Source: the human T2T-CHM13v2.0 reference genome, Homo sapiens. Taken from it: a stretch of DNA of 64,000 bases. Numbering within the stretch: position 1 is the first letter of the stretch; each line of letters begins with the position of its first letter. A program made the translations under genes and the position numbers. Below the pieces are notes generated by a model that saw nothing but the letters and a program-made list of their open reading frames with translations, was not told the DNA's origin and ran no database searches. Below are positions 31,175 to 46,480 of the stretch, one piece after another. The stretch lies in assembly GCF_009914755.1 (NCBI RefSeq), contig NC_060937.1; one strand, 5' to 3'.

Positions 31175-33311
31175 AAACCAAAATGAGGAGGTTTCCTCTT
31201 CTCATACAAGGACAATCAGTACTTTGAATTATCTATCTTTTAAAAAAGCAAAAGTCAGTTGGTACAAATAAAGAGAGGAATGGTTTTAAATTCAGAGTAT
31301 AGAACCTCAACCGTAAAAACTGCCAACTCTAAGAACTTTTGTCCAAACCCAGACATCAACACTAGTAGACAAAAATTGATACTGTTAAGTAAAGTAAAAA
31401 CAGCTACAATTTGGGAGGAATCCTAAAGGGGTTTAAGCAGCACATTTATAATCTTCGTCTGAATTTCTCGTGGATAGATTGGAGAGACTTGACCATGCAT
31501 GTCTGGTGGGTAGGCATTTAGCAAATTTATTCAAGTCCCAAATCCTTTCGGAAGTGGCTATTCTTCTGCACAACACACTTTGGTAAATGCTCATCCATAT
31601 CATAGAAAAATGATCAAGAATGAATCAAAGGCAATGCAGCCTCCTCAACTCTAGAAAAGGATTCTTCAAAATGAATCTGGCGTCCCTGAAGGGTGGAACA
31701 CCCCTGGGATGATGGAAGAGGGAAGCACGCATGGAGTCAACCAACCCAAAACCTAAAGACACTGAGCTGGCGCAGCCCACAGTTACTCATCAACCCCTCT
31801 CCACATCTCAAGCGGGCATGTGCAATTAGTAAAATGCCCAAAAGACAGAAAGCACAGTGGGGGAATAAGAGATCAAGATAACCTTCAAAATGAAAAATTT
31901 ACCTGGAAACGACTTAATGGTCACATATCCGAATAATCACAAATATTTCTATAAATGGTCAAATGCTAAAATATGTGTGTATGAAAACTGACCCCTCATG
32001 TGTCCCATACCACATCATAGGATGGCCGCAGACCAAAACGATCATGATCCCTTTTAAGCACAAAGAAATTAGCCCCAGATTTCATAGGAATTATATAACA
32101 ACCACCCAGAATAGGTTTCTTTACTCCTTCATACATGCCTAACAACTATTTCTTTTTTAAAAAAGTAATACATTACCTAAACACTTGGAAAAATAACGTT
32201 AAACAAAATGTGACATATTTACACGATTTTAAGTGCAAACTTGTCACAAATTCACAAAGTCTTGCTTGACTTCGCCTTACTATATAAGGTGTTCCTCCTC
32301 TAAAATGTAACGGGTCTACTCTGTATTCCTGATTAAGTAACATCTGTCTCTTAAGACAACTGAAACCTACTTATTTCTGTGATTACAAAAGGATGAAAAA
32401 ACACAACCGGTCAACCTGTCCCTTTCCCCTCCTTTGCAGTGTGTCTCTTTCCTAACAACTACTTCTGATTTTACTTCTTTTTATTCAGTTTTGGCTGCAA
32501 AAGAGTGAGCCACATGCAAAACCCAGCTTCCCATCAAGGCCCTGGTTCTTAGAGCAGGTTTCTGCCCCGCCGGGAGGCCTGGGACCCAGCACTGGTGGGC
32601 TGCAGCCAGAAGGGGGCAGCACTCGACAGCTCAGAAGGCTAGGCCCATTCCCTCTGGGACCTCCCCAGGCTCCAAGACACACTAAGGCAGGCAGACTGAG
32701 CCCCCACTCTGTGGGCCCTGGGGCCAGAGCAGTGAAGAAAGCAGAAGCAAATCCCTTCCCCATGGAGAGTCACAGGCTCTCACGGGGCCACAGACTTTAC
32801 AGCTTCAGCCCAAGCCCCTGTTTTATAAATGAGACCTAGGCTGGTGAGAAGACCTTCCCTCCAATACCTGCTGGTCTATCCAGCAGGACTGCTGCTGGGG
32901 TCTCTGTCTTTCTCCGAAATCCCAGCCCAGCACACCCTTCTTTCCTCTGCAGCTTCTCTCCAGAAGCCCGTGTCTGTGCCCCTCCTCCCACCCCAGCACC
33001 CTCTCAGCCGCAGGACCTCCCTAATAATCCCTGCCAGTGTGAGGCAAAATCACCCCAAGACAAGGCCAGAAAACAGGATGGAGTGTTCTGTTTACAATGC
33101 AGCTGTCAATGTTATCTAGGAACCGAAAAACAACAAAACAGACCATTTTACAATATCGCAGGGTTTGGTACAAAAGAAATTTGCAAATGGGACCTACACA
33201 GTGTGTGGTAGCTACCTCAGTGCCTTCCTCTAGCTCAACAGCATTCACCTAGAGTGCTTTTTTCTAGTGGGATGTTCACAGAGCTGTCTGTCAATGCTTG
33301 AAGTGTATTAG

Positions 33312-33659
<348 letters not shown>

Positions 33660-34321
33660 TCACCTTGTGTGAGTTTCCATGTGCACAAGATGCGATGATG
33701 TTCTAAATATCTGGGAACACATTATTGTTTTGTTGGTAGAGATGGCAGAAATTACATCAGAATTAGGCAAACATGAAACAGGGAGTGCAATACTTAGAGC
33801 CAAGGGCATGTAGAGAAAGGAAGAGTCTGGAGTCTAGAGAGTTTTGACATTTGTCCCACAGGGGAGGACGGAGGCAGTGGGGCTGGGCAGGAGTGCTGCT
33901 CAACCGCCTATTGGCTCTTGGCTCCAGCAAACTACGCTACAACGCAAGGTCAGCCACAAAGAGCACCCGGAGAGGGGAGGAGCTGGTCACCACCAGCACT
34001 GCCCACCTGTTTTAAGCAGCCTGAGCGGTTCCAGTACCCTCAGAAGAGACCCCCGCCCTCTGCTCCCAAATCTTGCTGGCAGCTGGGCCACTGGGCTCTG
34101 CTCCTGGCAGACATCATCTCCAGCCCCAGGGTGCAGCTTCCTGCCGTGGCTGATCTCGGGGTGGCCTCCTCCACCCCTGCTTTCCCTTTGTGCTCTTTCT
34201 TTCATCACCTATGAAACGAATTCCCTGCACAAAATTCCCTCTCCCATGCTGTGTGTTCTGTTTTCCAGACTAACACAGACTGAGACAAGTGCATTTGCAG
34301 AGGACCCCGGACTCAGGTGAG

Positions 34322-34760
34322 CGTAACCGCAGAACCAGCCCAATCTGGTTCAACTTTGTGTAATAACATAGTAAACAGTTTTTCAGTCACCATGTATCCC
34401 AGGTTGCAAGTTACGTAATCTGAGCATTCCCAGATGAACCAAGCAGGCAACCATGGGCAGAACCCAAGTGCTAGGACCAAGGAAGGAGGAACGAGTTCAG
34501 AGGCGAACGCCTCATGGCATGATCCAGGATCCGATCAGGTCCAGCTCTGGCATCATGCAAGACCCAATCGGACCATGCCTCATTACCCTCTGCCTATAAA
34601 ACCTGCCCCATCCCCCAGCTAGGGAAGACAAATTTGAGCGTTGCCTCCTGTCTCCTTGCCATTCCACTCACAATACAGCCTTTCTCTTCATGAAAAGCTG
34701 GTGCCATAGTAGTGGCGTCTATGAGCACTGGGCAGGGAGCCCACTGCTTCCTTGGAAGCA
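34322..34760 (+). mobile_element. ERVL solo LTR (LTR47-like)
   Basis: gtaaccgcagaaccagcccaatctggttcaacttt start, internal gatcc(a/g)atc repeats, cctataaaa TATA, degenerate polyA signal aataca; family from memory. Confidence 0.7.
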
Positions 34761-35511
34761 TGAGGAGGGCACTGGAGTTGTGGATAACAGGAGATGCACC
34801 GAGCCTCAGTACTTCTTGTGGGTGGCCCCTGCTGTTGGTCCCATTTGCCTAAATGTTATGAGTAAACCAAGTGTTGAAAAATCCTTGTGGCCTTGCCAGA
34901 ACTACCTGTCCGCTTACCACACGGTGAAACCCTTCAGTCAGGAATCCATGGAGCTTGCTACGCCGGCCTGCAGCCTCCCCTCGGCCTTGGGCTGCCACCA
35001 AAGCAGCTGGCAACATCCAGATGCTTGGAATAGGGGAGCCCCACCCCAACCCCGTGGCAAAAATCCAAGTCATGGGCTTTCTCAATATGTAATAAGATGA
35101 CCTGAAAACGCTAAGCTGAAAATGTGCACTGATACCCCAAAGTCTCCGTAATAATCTACAATGTACTCAGCAGTTAACCCATTCCATGCTGCACCCCTAG
35201 TCTGTCCAATCCTATAAAATCCAGCGTTGCCAATGTCCAAACTTAGTGACATTTAGTTTAGAACGAGGTAACACTTTCCTTGGTTTTTTGAAAATGAGAT
35301 AAAATACAACTTGTCAAATACCTAAGTCTGATTTCATACCTACTTTCTATTAATTGCAAAACTTACTCCTAATTTTGAGAATCTTTGTAACATAGTTTCA
35401 GTAAATAAGCAAGCCATATTTTATACCATGTGTAACACCTCGAAATTCTCTATTAAATCAATGTCACTCATTATCTTCAGCAGTCATGATCTTGCATTAA
35501 GGATATGTTAC

Positions 35512-35613
35512 CTTATCCCAAAAAGCAGTAAAATCCTGCACATGCACCATCTTTTTACCATCTGACGGCAGCTGACGGTTGCGCTGTGATATCTCATCAA
35601 GTAGCAAAAAGGT
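35512..35613 (-). CDS. ABCC4: ABCC4 exon 9 (102 nt), [34 protein letters not shown]
   Basis: ctttag|ACC acceptor, AAG|gtaaca donor. Confidence 0.97.
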
Positions 35614-36268
35614 CTAAAGAAAATGGGAAAAACACAGATTGTTTAAATTACAGAAACAAAAGCACAAACAAAAGTCACTGCTTCCATGGAATTTGTAACA
35701 TAAAACTTTATACAGCCTACAGATCATTTTACCAACCCTATTTAAAGTATCGGTTCACATCAGCATATGATATTTATTTAATAAATAAACATGTAAAGAG
35801 TTCATGGCCATGAACTATCTTTGTAATTTTAGGAACTATCTGTGTAATTTTTTTCAACAAGTATACTTGTTCCTAAATAAACCGAAAATACTGCTCTGAG
35901 ACTGAGTGCATTGACAGCCTGCATAGTTCTACTGTTGTACTTTTGTGTTACTAATGGTGAACACGGGAGTTGGTTGGAAATGATCTGATGAATATTTCAT
36001 GAATCCTCATCATGTGCCAAGCCCCGCGCTAGATGCTGGCAACATGAAAGTCAAGGCCATTCCCAGCCTTCAGGAAGCAAGTGAGCCCAGAAGGGTAGGC
36101 AGGAAACACAGGGCAGAGCCTCTGAAGGCAGCCCTGGCTCTGGCCAGTCACTTAGATTCAACTGGCCTTCTCCTCCCTCGTGCACGTCAAATTGACATAC
36201 AACTTAATTCACTATCACTTAAGTCAGTGTTCTTTACCAAAATAAGAAAAAAGGTTTCTATCTCTTAA

Positions 36269-36628
<360 letters not shown>

Positions 36629-37234
36629 TAGTCAATGTCCCCTCCTAGACAGCAGAACGGACCAATCTCTCGCTTATTGCTATTTTCCACACTAGTTAGC
36701 AACTACACAATGCAATTTAACTGAATAAAACAAAGTCCTGTTAACCATAACAAACCTAACATAATGATATATGGGAAAACTCCCTTTTGCTCCTCAAATG
36801 GTAGGCATAATTCAATGAGAGAAGCTACAGTGGCTTAGAAACAGAATAAACAACCTAGATCACCCCCACCCCATCCAAAATTTTGTAATGTGGCAAAAAC
36901 TGTCAGCTCTCCTCAAAACCTGCTCTAATTTTCTGTGCATTTTTAGCCAACGCACAGCAGCCTTGAACAAGGACCACTCTCTCCAGCCCCCAACACAGTT
37001 AGATGTAGCCACATGACTTTAAGTTCAGCCCAACAGAAAGTGACAACGTCCAGGAAACTTCCTATACAGTCTCCAGGCCTTGGAAGCCGCCTGGACAACT
37101 TCCCCTCCAAAATCCAGGTGGTGAAACTTAATGGCCAATGTGATGGTATTGAGAGGTATTTAGGCCATGAGGGCTCCTCCCTCATTGCACTCCAGCCTGG
37201 GCAATAGTGCAAGACCCTGTCAAAAAAAATAAAA

Positions 37235-37347
37235 GGAAAGGAGGAAAGGAGGAAAGGAGGAAAGGAGGAAGGAAGGAAGGAAGGAAGGAAGGAAGGAAGG
37301 AAGGAAGGAAGGAAGGAAGGAAGGAAGGAAGGGAGGGAAGGAAGGAA
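37235..37347. repeat. (GGAA)n microsatellite grown from an Alu tail
   Basis: (GGAAAGGA)x4, then 16 consecutive GGAA at 37267-37330. Confidence 0.95.
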
Positions 37348-38557
37348 AGAAAGAAAAAAGACCAGACCCAATTTCACAAGTTTACTGACCGGCAATCATT
37401 TGTGATACTGATACAATGTTTTCACTGGTCCCTTCTCCAGCATCCCCCATCACAACCAAACCGTTCCCAAACACCACTCCCTAAGGATCTTCTGAAAACA
37501 CCTCTGATAATAAACACCATGCTTCAAACTCTTCCATGACCCAGCAGCACTGACAGTCACACTCCCAAAGTAGCCTTTGCCTTGATTCCCTGAGTATTAA
37601 TCCCACCCTGTCTTTGAGGGCCCACCTCAAAGACTAATCCTGCTGGGAACCAGCTCAGGGTGGCTGCAGCTGGGACCGAAACTGAGTTATGTACAGGGCA
37701 GAGATGTGTCCCCCATCCTGCACTTACAAACACACTCACCTGCATGAACACTGCACTGCACACGGGGTCAGCTCTTCACAGATACATGCTACAGTCATAA
37801 ACAGACTGTATGATCGGCTTAAATTATTCAAACAATCAGCTATGTCAGTTAGCACAGCAACAAGCAAAAGGTTATATATACATCTTCTTAACCTTGTCTA
37901 GACAGAATAAAATTCTGATTTTAGCTGAAGTGTACGACCAAGACATCAAATTCAGTATTCTGTATGTGCAGGTCAGAACAGAAGTTCCCCACCTTCAAAA
38001 TAAAAAACTATGCACACAGTAAACCTATTGAGCACTGGTCAATAAACAACAGATCTGAGTGGAGACAGACATGATAATAGTTTAGTGGTTAAATGAGACT
38101 CCACTCAACACATGAACGGCTTGTAAAGATGCTGGAGGGGCTAGCTGGACTTTCTCTAGTCACTCAGGAGGGTGAAAAAGCTGAAATGACATTGCCAATA
38201 CAGCAATGAGGTGCATCCCCAGAAAGTTCACTTGGGGAAGTATCAGACGGCAGAACTGAAGTCAAAGAGATTGACTTCAGAGTGGACGGTTGGCAAAAAC
38301 TGAAGCAGCTTTGTGAACAATAAAACCTCAGAGACACATTTTACTGGATGTGGAAGTCATTGAAGACTTTCAGTGCTTTGCTGTTAAGATAAGATCTCTT
38401 AAAATCCTATTGGACTTGCTTAATGCCAAGACCATCAATCCTTTCCTTAATAAAAGAAAAACAGACGGAACTTCTTAGACCTAAAAACTTCGCAATAAAA
38501 CCTTCATTTTCTGTACATGGAAAAAAGGAAATTGAAAAGTATGAGTAAGAAAGACAA

Positions 38558-39720
38558 TAGATTAAAGACTTAAATATAAAACCTCAAACCATAAAAACCC
38601 TAGAAGAAAGCCTAGGTAATACCATTCAGGACATAGGCATGGCAAAGACTTCACGACTAAAACACCAAAAACAATGGCAACAAAAGCCAAAATTGACAAA
38701 TGGGATCTAATTAAACTAAAGAGCTTCTCCACAGCAAAAGAAACTCTCATCAGAGTGAACAGGCAACCTACAGAATGGAAGAAAATTTTTGCAATCTATC
38801 CATGTGACAGAGGGCTAACATCCAGAATCTACAAGGAACTTAAACAAATTTACAAGAAAAAAAACAACCCCATCAAAAAGTGAGCGAAGGATATGAACAG
38901 ACACTTCTCAAAAGAAGACATGTATGCAGCCAACAAACATATGAAAAAAAGCTCATTATCACTGGTCATTAAAGAAATGCAAATCAAAACCACAATGAGA
39001 TACCATCTCACGCCAGTTAGAATGGTGATCATTAAAAAGTCAGGAAACAACAGATGCTGGAGAGGATGTGGAGAAATAGGAACACTTTTACATTGTTGGT
39101 GGGAGTGTAAATTAGTTCAACCACTGTGAAAGACAACGTGGCAATTCCTCAAGGAACTAGAACCAGAAATACCATTGGACCCAGCAATCCCATTACTGGG
39201 TATATACCCAAAGGATTATAAATCATTCTACTATAAAGACACATGCACACGTATGTTTACTGCAGCACTATTTACAACAGCAAAGACTTGGAACCAACCC
39301 AAATGCCCATCAATGACAGACTGGATAAAGAAAATGTGTCATATATACACTGTGGAATACTATGCAGCCATAAAAAAGGATGAGTTCATGTCCTTTACAG
39401 GGACATGGATGAAGCTGGAAACCATCATTCTCAGCAAACTAACACAGGAACAGAAAACCAAACCCTGCATGTTCTCACTCATAAGTGAGAGTTGAACAAT
39501 GAGAACACATGGACACAGGAAGGGGAACATCACACACCAGGGCCTGTCAGAGGGTGAGGGGCAAGGGGAAGGAGAGCATTAGGACAAATACTGAATGCAT
39601 GTGGGGCTTAAAACCTAGATGATGGGTTGATGGGTGCAGCAAACCACCATGGCACATGTATACCTATGTAACAAACCTTCATGTTCTGCACATGTGTCCC
39701 AGAAAAAGTATAATAAAAAA
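38558..39720 (+). mobile_element. 5'-truncated L1PA (L1PA8-like): ORF2 C-terminus and 3' UTR
   Basis: ORF fragments [53 protein letters not shown]; stops disable it; A-rich tail. Confidence 0.95.
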
Positions 39721-40069
39721 ATTAAAATAGAAATATAAAAATATTTTTTAAAAATTTAACAACACAATGTTTTCTAAACTCTATGTGTCTGCCAAGCTCT
39801 GGTCTATCTATGGTCAAGACTCACTTAGTTCCGATCAGTATATTGGGCAGAACTATTCCTCCTCTCCTGATGCCATTTTTCACCTTCTCATTGTTCATTA
39901 ACACATCCACGAGAGGCAAGGAAGAAAGTGAACATTGGATCAATTCATTACACTCATCATTTACAACCTCCATTTTTAGAGAAATAGGAAAGGAGGCGGA
40001 ACCAGGCAGACCCCATCAGTGGGTCTTGTAGCAAACATCTGCACAGTTCTAAAGCATCCCAGTCTTCAA

Positions 40070-40820
40070 AGCCAAACTCATCCCCAAATCTGGTCTTCTA
40101 GTATTCCATATTTCAGTGAACCCAGGTGATTTTGCAGCCATAAGGACGAAAGTAGCCCTGATCCCTCCTTCTGACTAATCCCTCCTCTTGCCCCACACCC
40201 AAATCAGGACATGCTCTCAATGGCTTTCAAATCTATCCAAGGCTGTCTACTTGGTCTGAGTCCAAATCCCATCATCATCTTCCGGGACTGCTTGCTGCAT
40301 CAGCCTCCTGACGTATCTCCCTGCCTCTACTCTGGGCCCCCAATGCATTCCCCAGGCTGCAGCCAGGGTGAATTGAAAATATGTGGATTTTCTTGAACAT
40401 TAAGAGCTTTCTCACATAATTACCCCCAGGGAAATGCAGGGCATCAGCCTCCTGGCTGCCCCAAGCCACCTCCCTTCCCAAACCCTTCCCCATCTCTCTC
40501 CACTACCACGCACACAGTGCTGCAGGCTATTTCTTGAGCCTTCGCAGGAAGCACTACACCTCCACAATGGCATGGGCATCTCTACCAAAGCACCTCATGG
40601 CATCTCAGATATTGCCTTCCAAAGACAATGACACATGAGCACTGATTTTAATTACGTGGTTATTTATTAACCCCCACTTGATGATTCCCAGGAGGAAGTT
40701 CCCAGCAGGAAGGACTTCTGTGCATTGGCTTACCATTGTATCTAAGCATTTATCACAGTGCCAGCTTAAGCTAGGTGCTCAATTACATTGTAGAGTCAAT
40801 GACTAAGTGAATGAATAAAT
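40070..40820 (+). mobile_element. L2 relic
   Basis: Ends ...ggtgctcaattacattg...gtgaatgaataaat. Confidence 0.6.
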
Positions 40821-41033
40821 TCCAAACTTAACCCCCAAAAGCCTAGCATAGACCAAAACAGGTGTCTGCGTGCTTCCTCTCAAATGATTTTAGTCTTAAG
40901 TTATCCTGACGTCGTTTCTATTTGCTACACATATTTTGACCTCATGCGTTTTTTTATCACACAACTAGGGCAAGGTTTCCCAAAGACAGCATATTTTCAG
41001 GGACACGAGGACACTTTCTAAAGATATTGATTG

Positions 41034-41389
<356 letters not shown>

Positions 41390-42282
41390 TTAGTTTTAAT
41401 CAGTGCATCAGGTAATTCTGATGAACTTGGGGACAAAATTTTAAATGGGTTACAGGAACCATCCAGGTTGAAAAAACACAAAGTTCTAAAGGAAGAAAAA
41501 ACAAACAAATAAACAAAACAAAACAAAACCTCCAACAATGACTTCAACACCACCATGAAGGAGTTTACCATACGAGCGCCAACGCTTTCTTACCAGTCAT
41601 GCCTGGCCATTTGTTTCTCCTTTACTGAAAATCACTACTGCTGAACTCTAGGCCCACCCTCCCACCAGAAACTATGTACCTGAGGGGAAATTAAGGTTTC
41701 CTGCCCAAGTCAAAGATGCATCCTTTATCTGGACACAGAGCACCTTGCCAAAGTTAGCCACTGGAAAATGTAAAATTCCCAGCCGGTCATTTTATTTTAC
41801 TACATGCATACATCTATCTACAGGAACAGGAATTTCAAGCCTTAGACACAGGTGAGTTGCATTTTGGTGGGAAAAAAATAAAAAATCCTAAGGATTTCTT
41901 CCCTAGCTGCATATTGGACCACAATTCCCTGAAAATCGTCTGCAGGATCCCTTTCATGCCACACTCTCTGATGTGTGACATAATTCAGCAGAGAACGACA
42001 GTCATCACTTCCCACTAAAATAATGCTCAGTTGTTAGGCATTTTCCAAATCTCATAGATGTAATGAAGCTGGAGGTTGACTTCACTTACACATCTTCTGA
42101 GCACCTGCAATCTATACATAATATAAAGATGAATGAGGCACTGTGTCTGCCTTTTGTAAGTTTAGAGTTTAGGAAGGGAAAGAAATCTATAAACAAATGG
42201 CTTCAATAATAAGGGGAAAATGAGGACAAAGTCACGTATGGAGAGCCCAAAAGAAGAGATGAGGATTAAAGAGTGTGTGATG

Positions 42283-42996
<714 letters not shown>

Positions 42997-43226
42997 GACG
43001 GTTTTCTAAATAAGTGAGACAAAATAGGAAATGACCTCCAGACACTAAGTCCAATCCCCTTATTTAAAGACAATAAAACCAAGGCCCAGAGAGTTGGTGA
43101 GAACCCAAGGTCTGCGTCCCACCCCGCCATACCACCTGTTGGGGCTGCTCTTTGCCCAATTATTTTTTATGGCTGCCGCATGGAAGTGAGATCTGCATTC
43201 AGGTTATGCTGTGCATGTGGGGATAA

Positions 43227-43554
<328 letters not shown>

Positions 43555-43931
43555 GCACTTCTGAGACAGATTGACGGCCTGGGCTAAAGCCCCGGATCAG
43601 CCTTTTATTAACTGTTAAAACGTGGAGGTGCTATTCACCCTCCTCAGGCTTCAGTTTCTTTATCTGTAATGTGGGAATGATAGGGGAGTTACACAAGTAA
43701 AAGGAGTGAGTATTCATAAGGCACTTGGGCCCCTCCTTGTTACCTAGTGGGTACTCACCAGCTATTACCTGTTCATATAAAGCCCCATGGTCTTGATCTT
43801 AATCTTCATTTATCTCATAATGGCCAGGAAGACAGACTAACTTTATTAACCAAGTAAGACTGTTTCTATTTCTCCACATGGCCCAAGGAAAGTCCATTTG
43901 TTTCACAGCCTGGAAGCCAGTCAGGAGGCTC

Positions 43932-44250
43932 TTTTTTTTTTTTTTTTGGAGACAGAGCCTCACTCTGTCACCCAGACTACAGTGCAGTGGCGTAATCTCG
44001 GCTCACTGCAACCTCCACTTTTTGGGTTCAAGCAAGCCTGAGCCTCCTGAGGAGCTGGGATTACAGGCGTGTAGCTCAGGAGCTGGGATTACAGGCATGT
44101 ACCACCATGCCTGACTAATTTTTATATTTTTAGTAGAGACGGGATTTCACCATGTTGGCCAAGCTGGTCTCTAACTCCTGACCTCAAGTGATCCGCTCAC
44201 CTCGGCCTCCCAAAGTGCTGCGATTATAGCTGTAAGCCACCGCGCCTGGC
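43932..44250 (-). mobile_element. AluS with internal duplication
   Basis: ggagctgggattacaggc(g/a)tgt present twice at ~44051-44100. Confidence 0.9.
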
Positions 44251-44925
44251 CAGGAGGGTCTATATTTAATGTCAGACATGGCCCCTCTCTTACAAGAGCA
44301 GGTCCACCAAGTCCAAGAGGGTTTGAGATGCACAGAGGGACACACATAACGAGGCAGAGACTCCGATCCAGTCCACTCTGAAAAAAATCCAGCTCCCCAG
44401 AGTTAAGGACCCTCACACCCCCCTTGAACAAGGCCTGGTGTTCTGGGAATATTCAACTCGAGTCTGCTTCCTCGCTCGGCCTTCCTCTAGCTTCTAGTGC
44501 AGGCTGGGCCACCTTGGGTCTGTATTGGGCCCCAGACTTTTGCTAAGGTTGCTGCTTCTGTCCATCCAGCATTTGGTGCCCATTATGTGTCCATCAATGC
44601 TGAGCTGCACCGTACTGGCCTTGCTCGGCAGGAACAAAAGTACCACCAGGCTCCTGAGACCTGGCCGGAGGGCTTAGTAGCATTTGCTTAAATCAAGGAC
44701 AGAAGGGAGGACACCCCAGCCACACAGAGCAAAAGACCCCAAAGTGGGAACAGAGACGAGTCATGTGCTGGGAAACACACACAGGTAAGCCCTACACCTA
44801 GGGTTCAAAAATAGGACTCCACAAGAAACAGAGAACCTTTCAAGGTTTTTGGAATACAACTAGATGAGTAAAAGAATACTGAAGGAAATATCCCACACCA
44901 GAGGATACTAAGGCAGCAACATAGG

Positions 44926-45293
44926 TGATACAGTTTGGCTCTGTGTCCCCACCCGAATCTCAGCTTGAACTGTAATCGCCATAATCCTCACGTGTCAAGG
45001 GTGGGACCAGGTGGAGGTAATCGGATCATGGGGGCAGTTTCCCCTGTGCTGTTCTAGTGATAGTGAGTTCTCATGAGATCTGATGGTTTTATACGCGTCT
45101 GGCATTTTCCCTGCTTGCACTTCTCCTTCCTGCCACCCTGTGAAGAAAGTGCCTGCTTCCCCTTCCGCCATGACTGTGAGTTTCCTGAGGTCTCCCCAAC
45201 TATGCTGAACTGTGAGTCAATTAAACCTCTTTCCAATATAAATTGCCCAGTCTCAGGAAGTTCTTTATAGCAATATAAAAACAGATTAATACA
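44926..45293 (+). mobile_element. THE1D-like MaLR solo LTR
   Basis: tgatacagtttggctctgtgtcccc...ctgtgagtcaattaaacctctt...ttaataca; TSD atagg/acagg. Confidence 0.9.
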
Positions 45294-45792
45294 ACAGGCA
45301 ACATACCATGGTTAAGAAATCATGGTTCTGAACAGATTCCTAGTTCTAAGATAGGCAAACTCCTTAACCTATTACAGGAGCCAGTTTCATTCTCTGTAAA
45401 GTGGGGACACTAATGCTTATCTCCTTCAATTGTGAGGATAACATGAAATAACATGTACAGGCTTCCAAGAGCCCTGGTCCACGGTACACACACCAACACC
45501 TGCAATCACGGTGAGGGGCAGCAACAGCAGTCAGAGAATTACAGCAGCACAATACACATGTGGCCCTTCCGTCTGAAAAAGGTGTCCTGCACACTCAGAA
45601 AGATACTCTGGTCAAAGTATACTCCTAAGTTCTTTCTTTCAAGATGCAAAAGCTACATGAAAAAAGTGTTACTGACCTGCATGGACCATCCCTTCACAGT
45701 GTTACCTGAAGCTGTTGTCAGAAAGAATGGGGATAAGAAATGACCCTGTATGGTCTGTTTTATAGGTAATATTTTTTATGAAATACAAACTT

Positions 45793-45874
45793 GCTAATCA
45801 GTAGTGGGAGTCTGCCTATGAATAGCCACTATGCTCCAGCCTGGGTAACACAGCAAGATCTCATCTTTAAAAAA
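45793..45874 (+). pseudogene. 5'-truncated 7SL (SRP RNA) retrocopy
   Basis: gctaatcagtagtggga...cctatgaatagccact...ccagcctgggtaacacagcaaga matches the 7SL 3' end, including S-domain bases absent from Alu; TSD aaa(t/a)acaaactt. Confidence 0.85.
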
Positions 45875-46245
45875 CAAACTTCATCATAAAAAAGAATCTT
45901 AGCTTTTATGACAACACCCACCCCATTCTCTCCCCTACCAAAAAAATAAAAATAAAAAAATAATCACAGCCAGTGTCAGCTAAGTTCACTCGAGTCTGTC
46001 CTTGGGCATCCATCTCTATTAAGAACCAGGAATAAAACAAAGCAGATTTTTGAAAAGCTTAGACAGTCAAGTTCTTGCCAAGCCCTCTCACAAAGCCAAT
46101 TTATTTTAATTTTCAACTTATTCATAAACACACAAATACTTGAGCATACATTATGTGCCAGGACCTTACCTTGGTGATATAAATTATTTGCCCCTGGCAA
46201 TTGAGTGACAGCGACTTAGGAAAAGGTGATGGTGTGTAAAGTGGA

Positions 46246-46480
46246 TGCTATGGTTTGAATGGGCATGCCTGTTCTAAATTCACAGGTTGGAAGTTCACCC
46301 CAGCATCAGTGTTAAGAGGTGGGGCCTCTAAGAGGTGATCAGGTCGCTACGGCAGAGCCCTCCTGAAGGGGATTAGTGTCCTTACAGAAGGCTGGAGGGA
46401 ACTAACCAGGCCCATTTTGTCCTTCTGTTTCCTCCACGATGGGAGGACACAGAGGTCCATCTGGGAAGCAGAGAATGGTC
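46246..46480 (+). mobile_element. Partial MST/MLT1A-like LTR
   Basis: tgctatggtttgaatg...gaggtggggcctctaagaggtgatcagg. Confidence 0.65.

Noticed and set aside
33844-35100. 158-aa and 136-aa ORFs as an antisense gene
   Set aside because: GC-rich, partly LTR-derived sequence, no recognisable domain; the longer one starts at a non-ATG codon.
38674-39495. ORFs resembling a reverse-transcriptase protein C-terminus
   Set aside because: Broken L1 ORF2 pieces in a 5'-truncated L1PA; not a gene or a new system.
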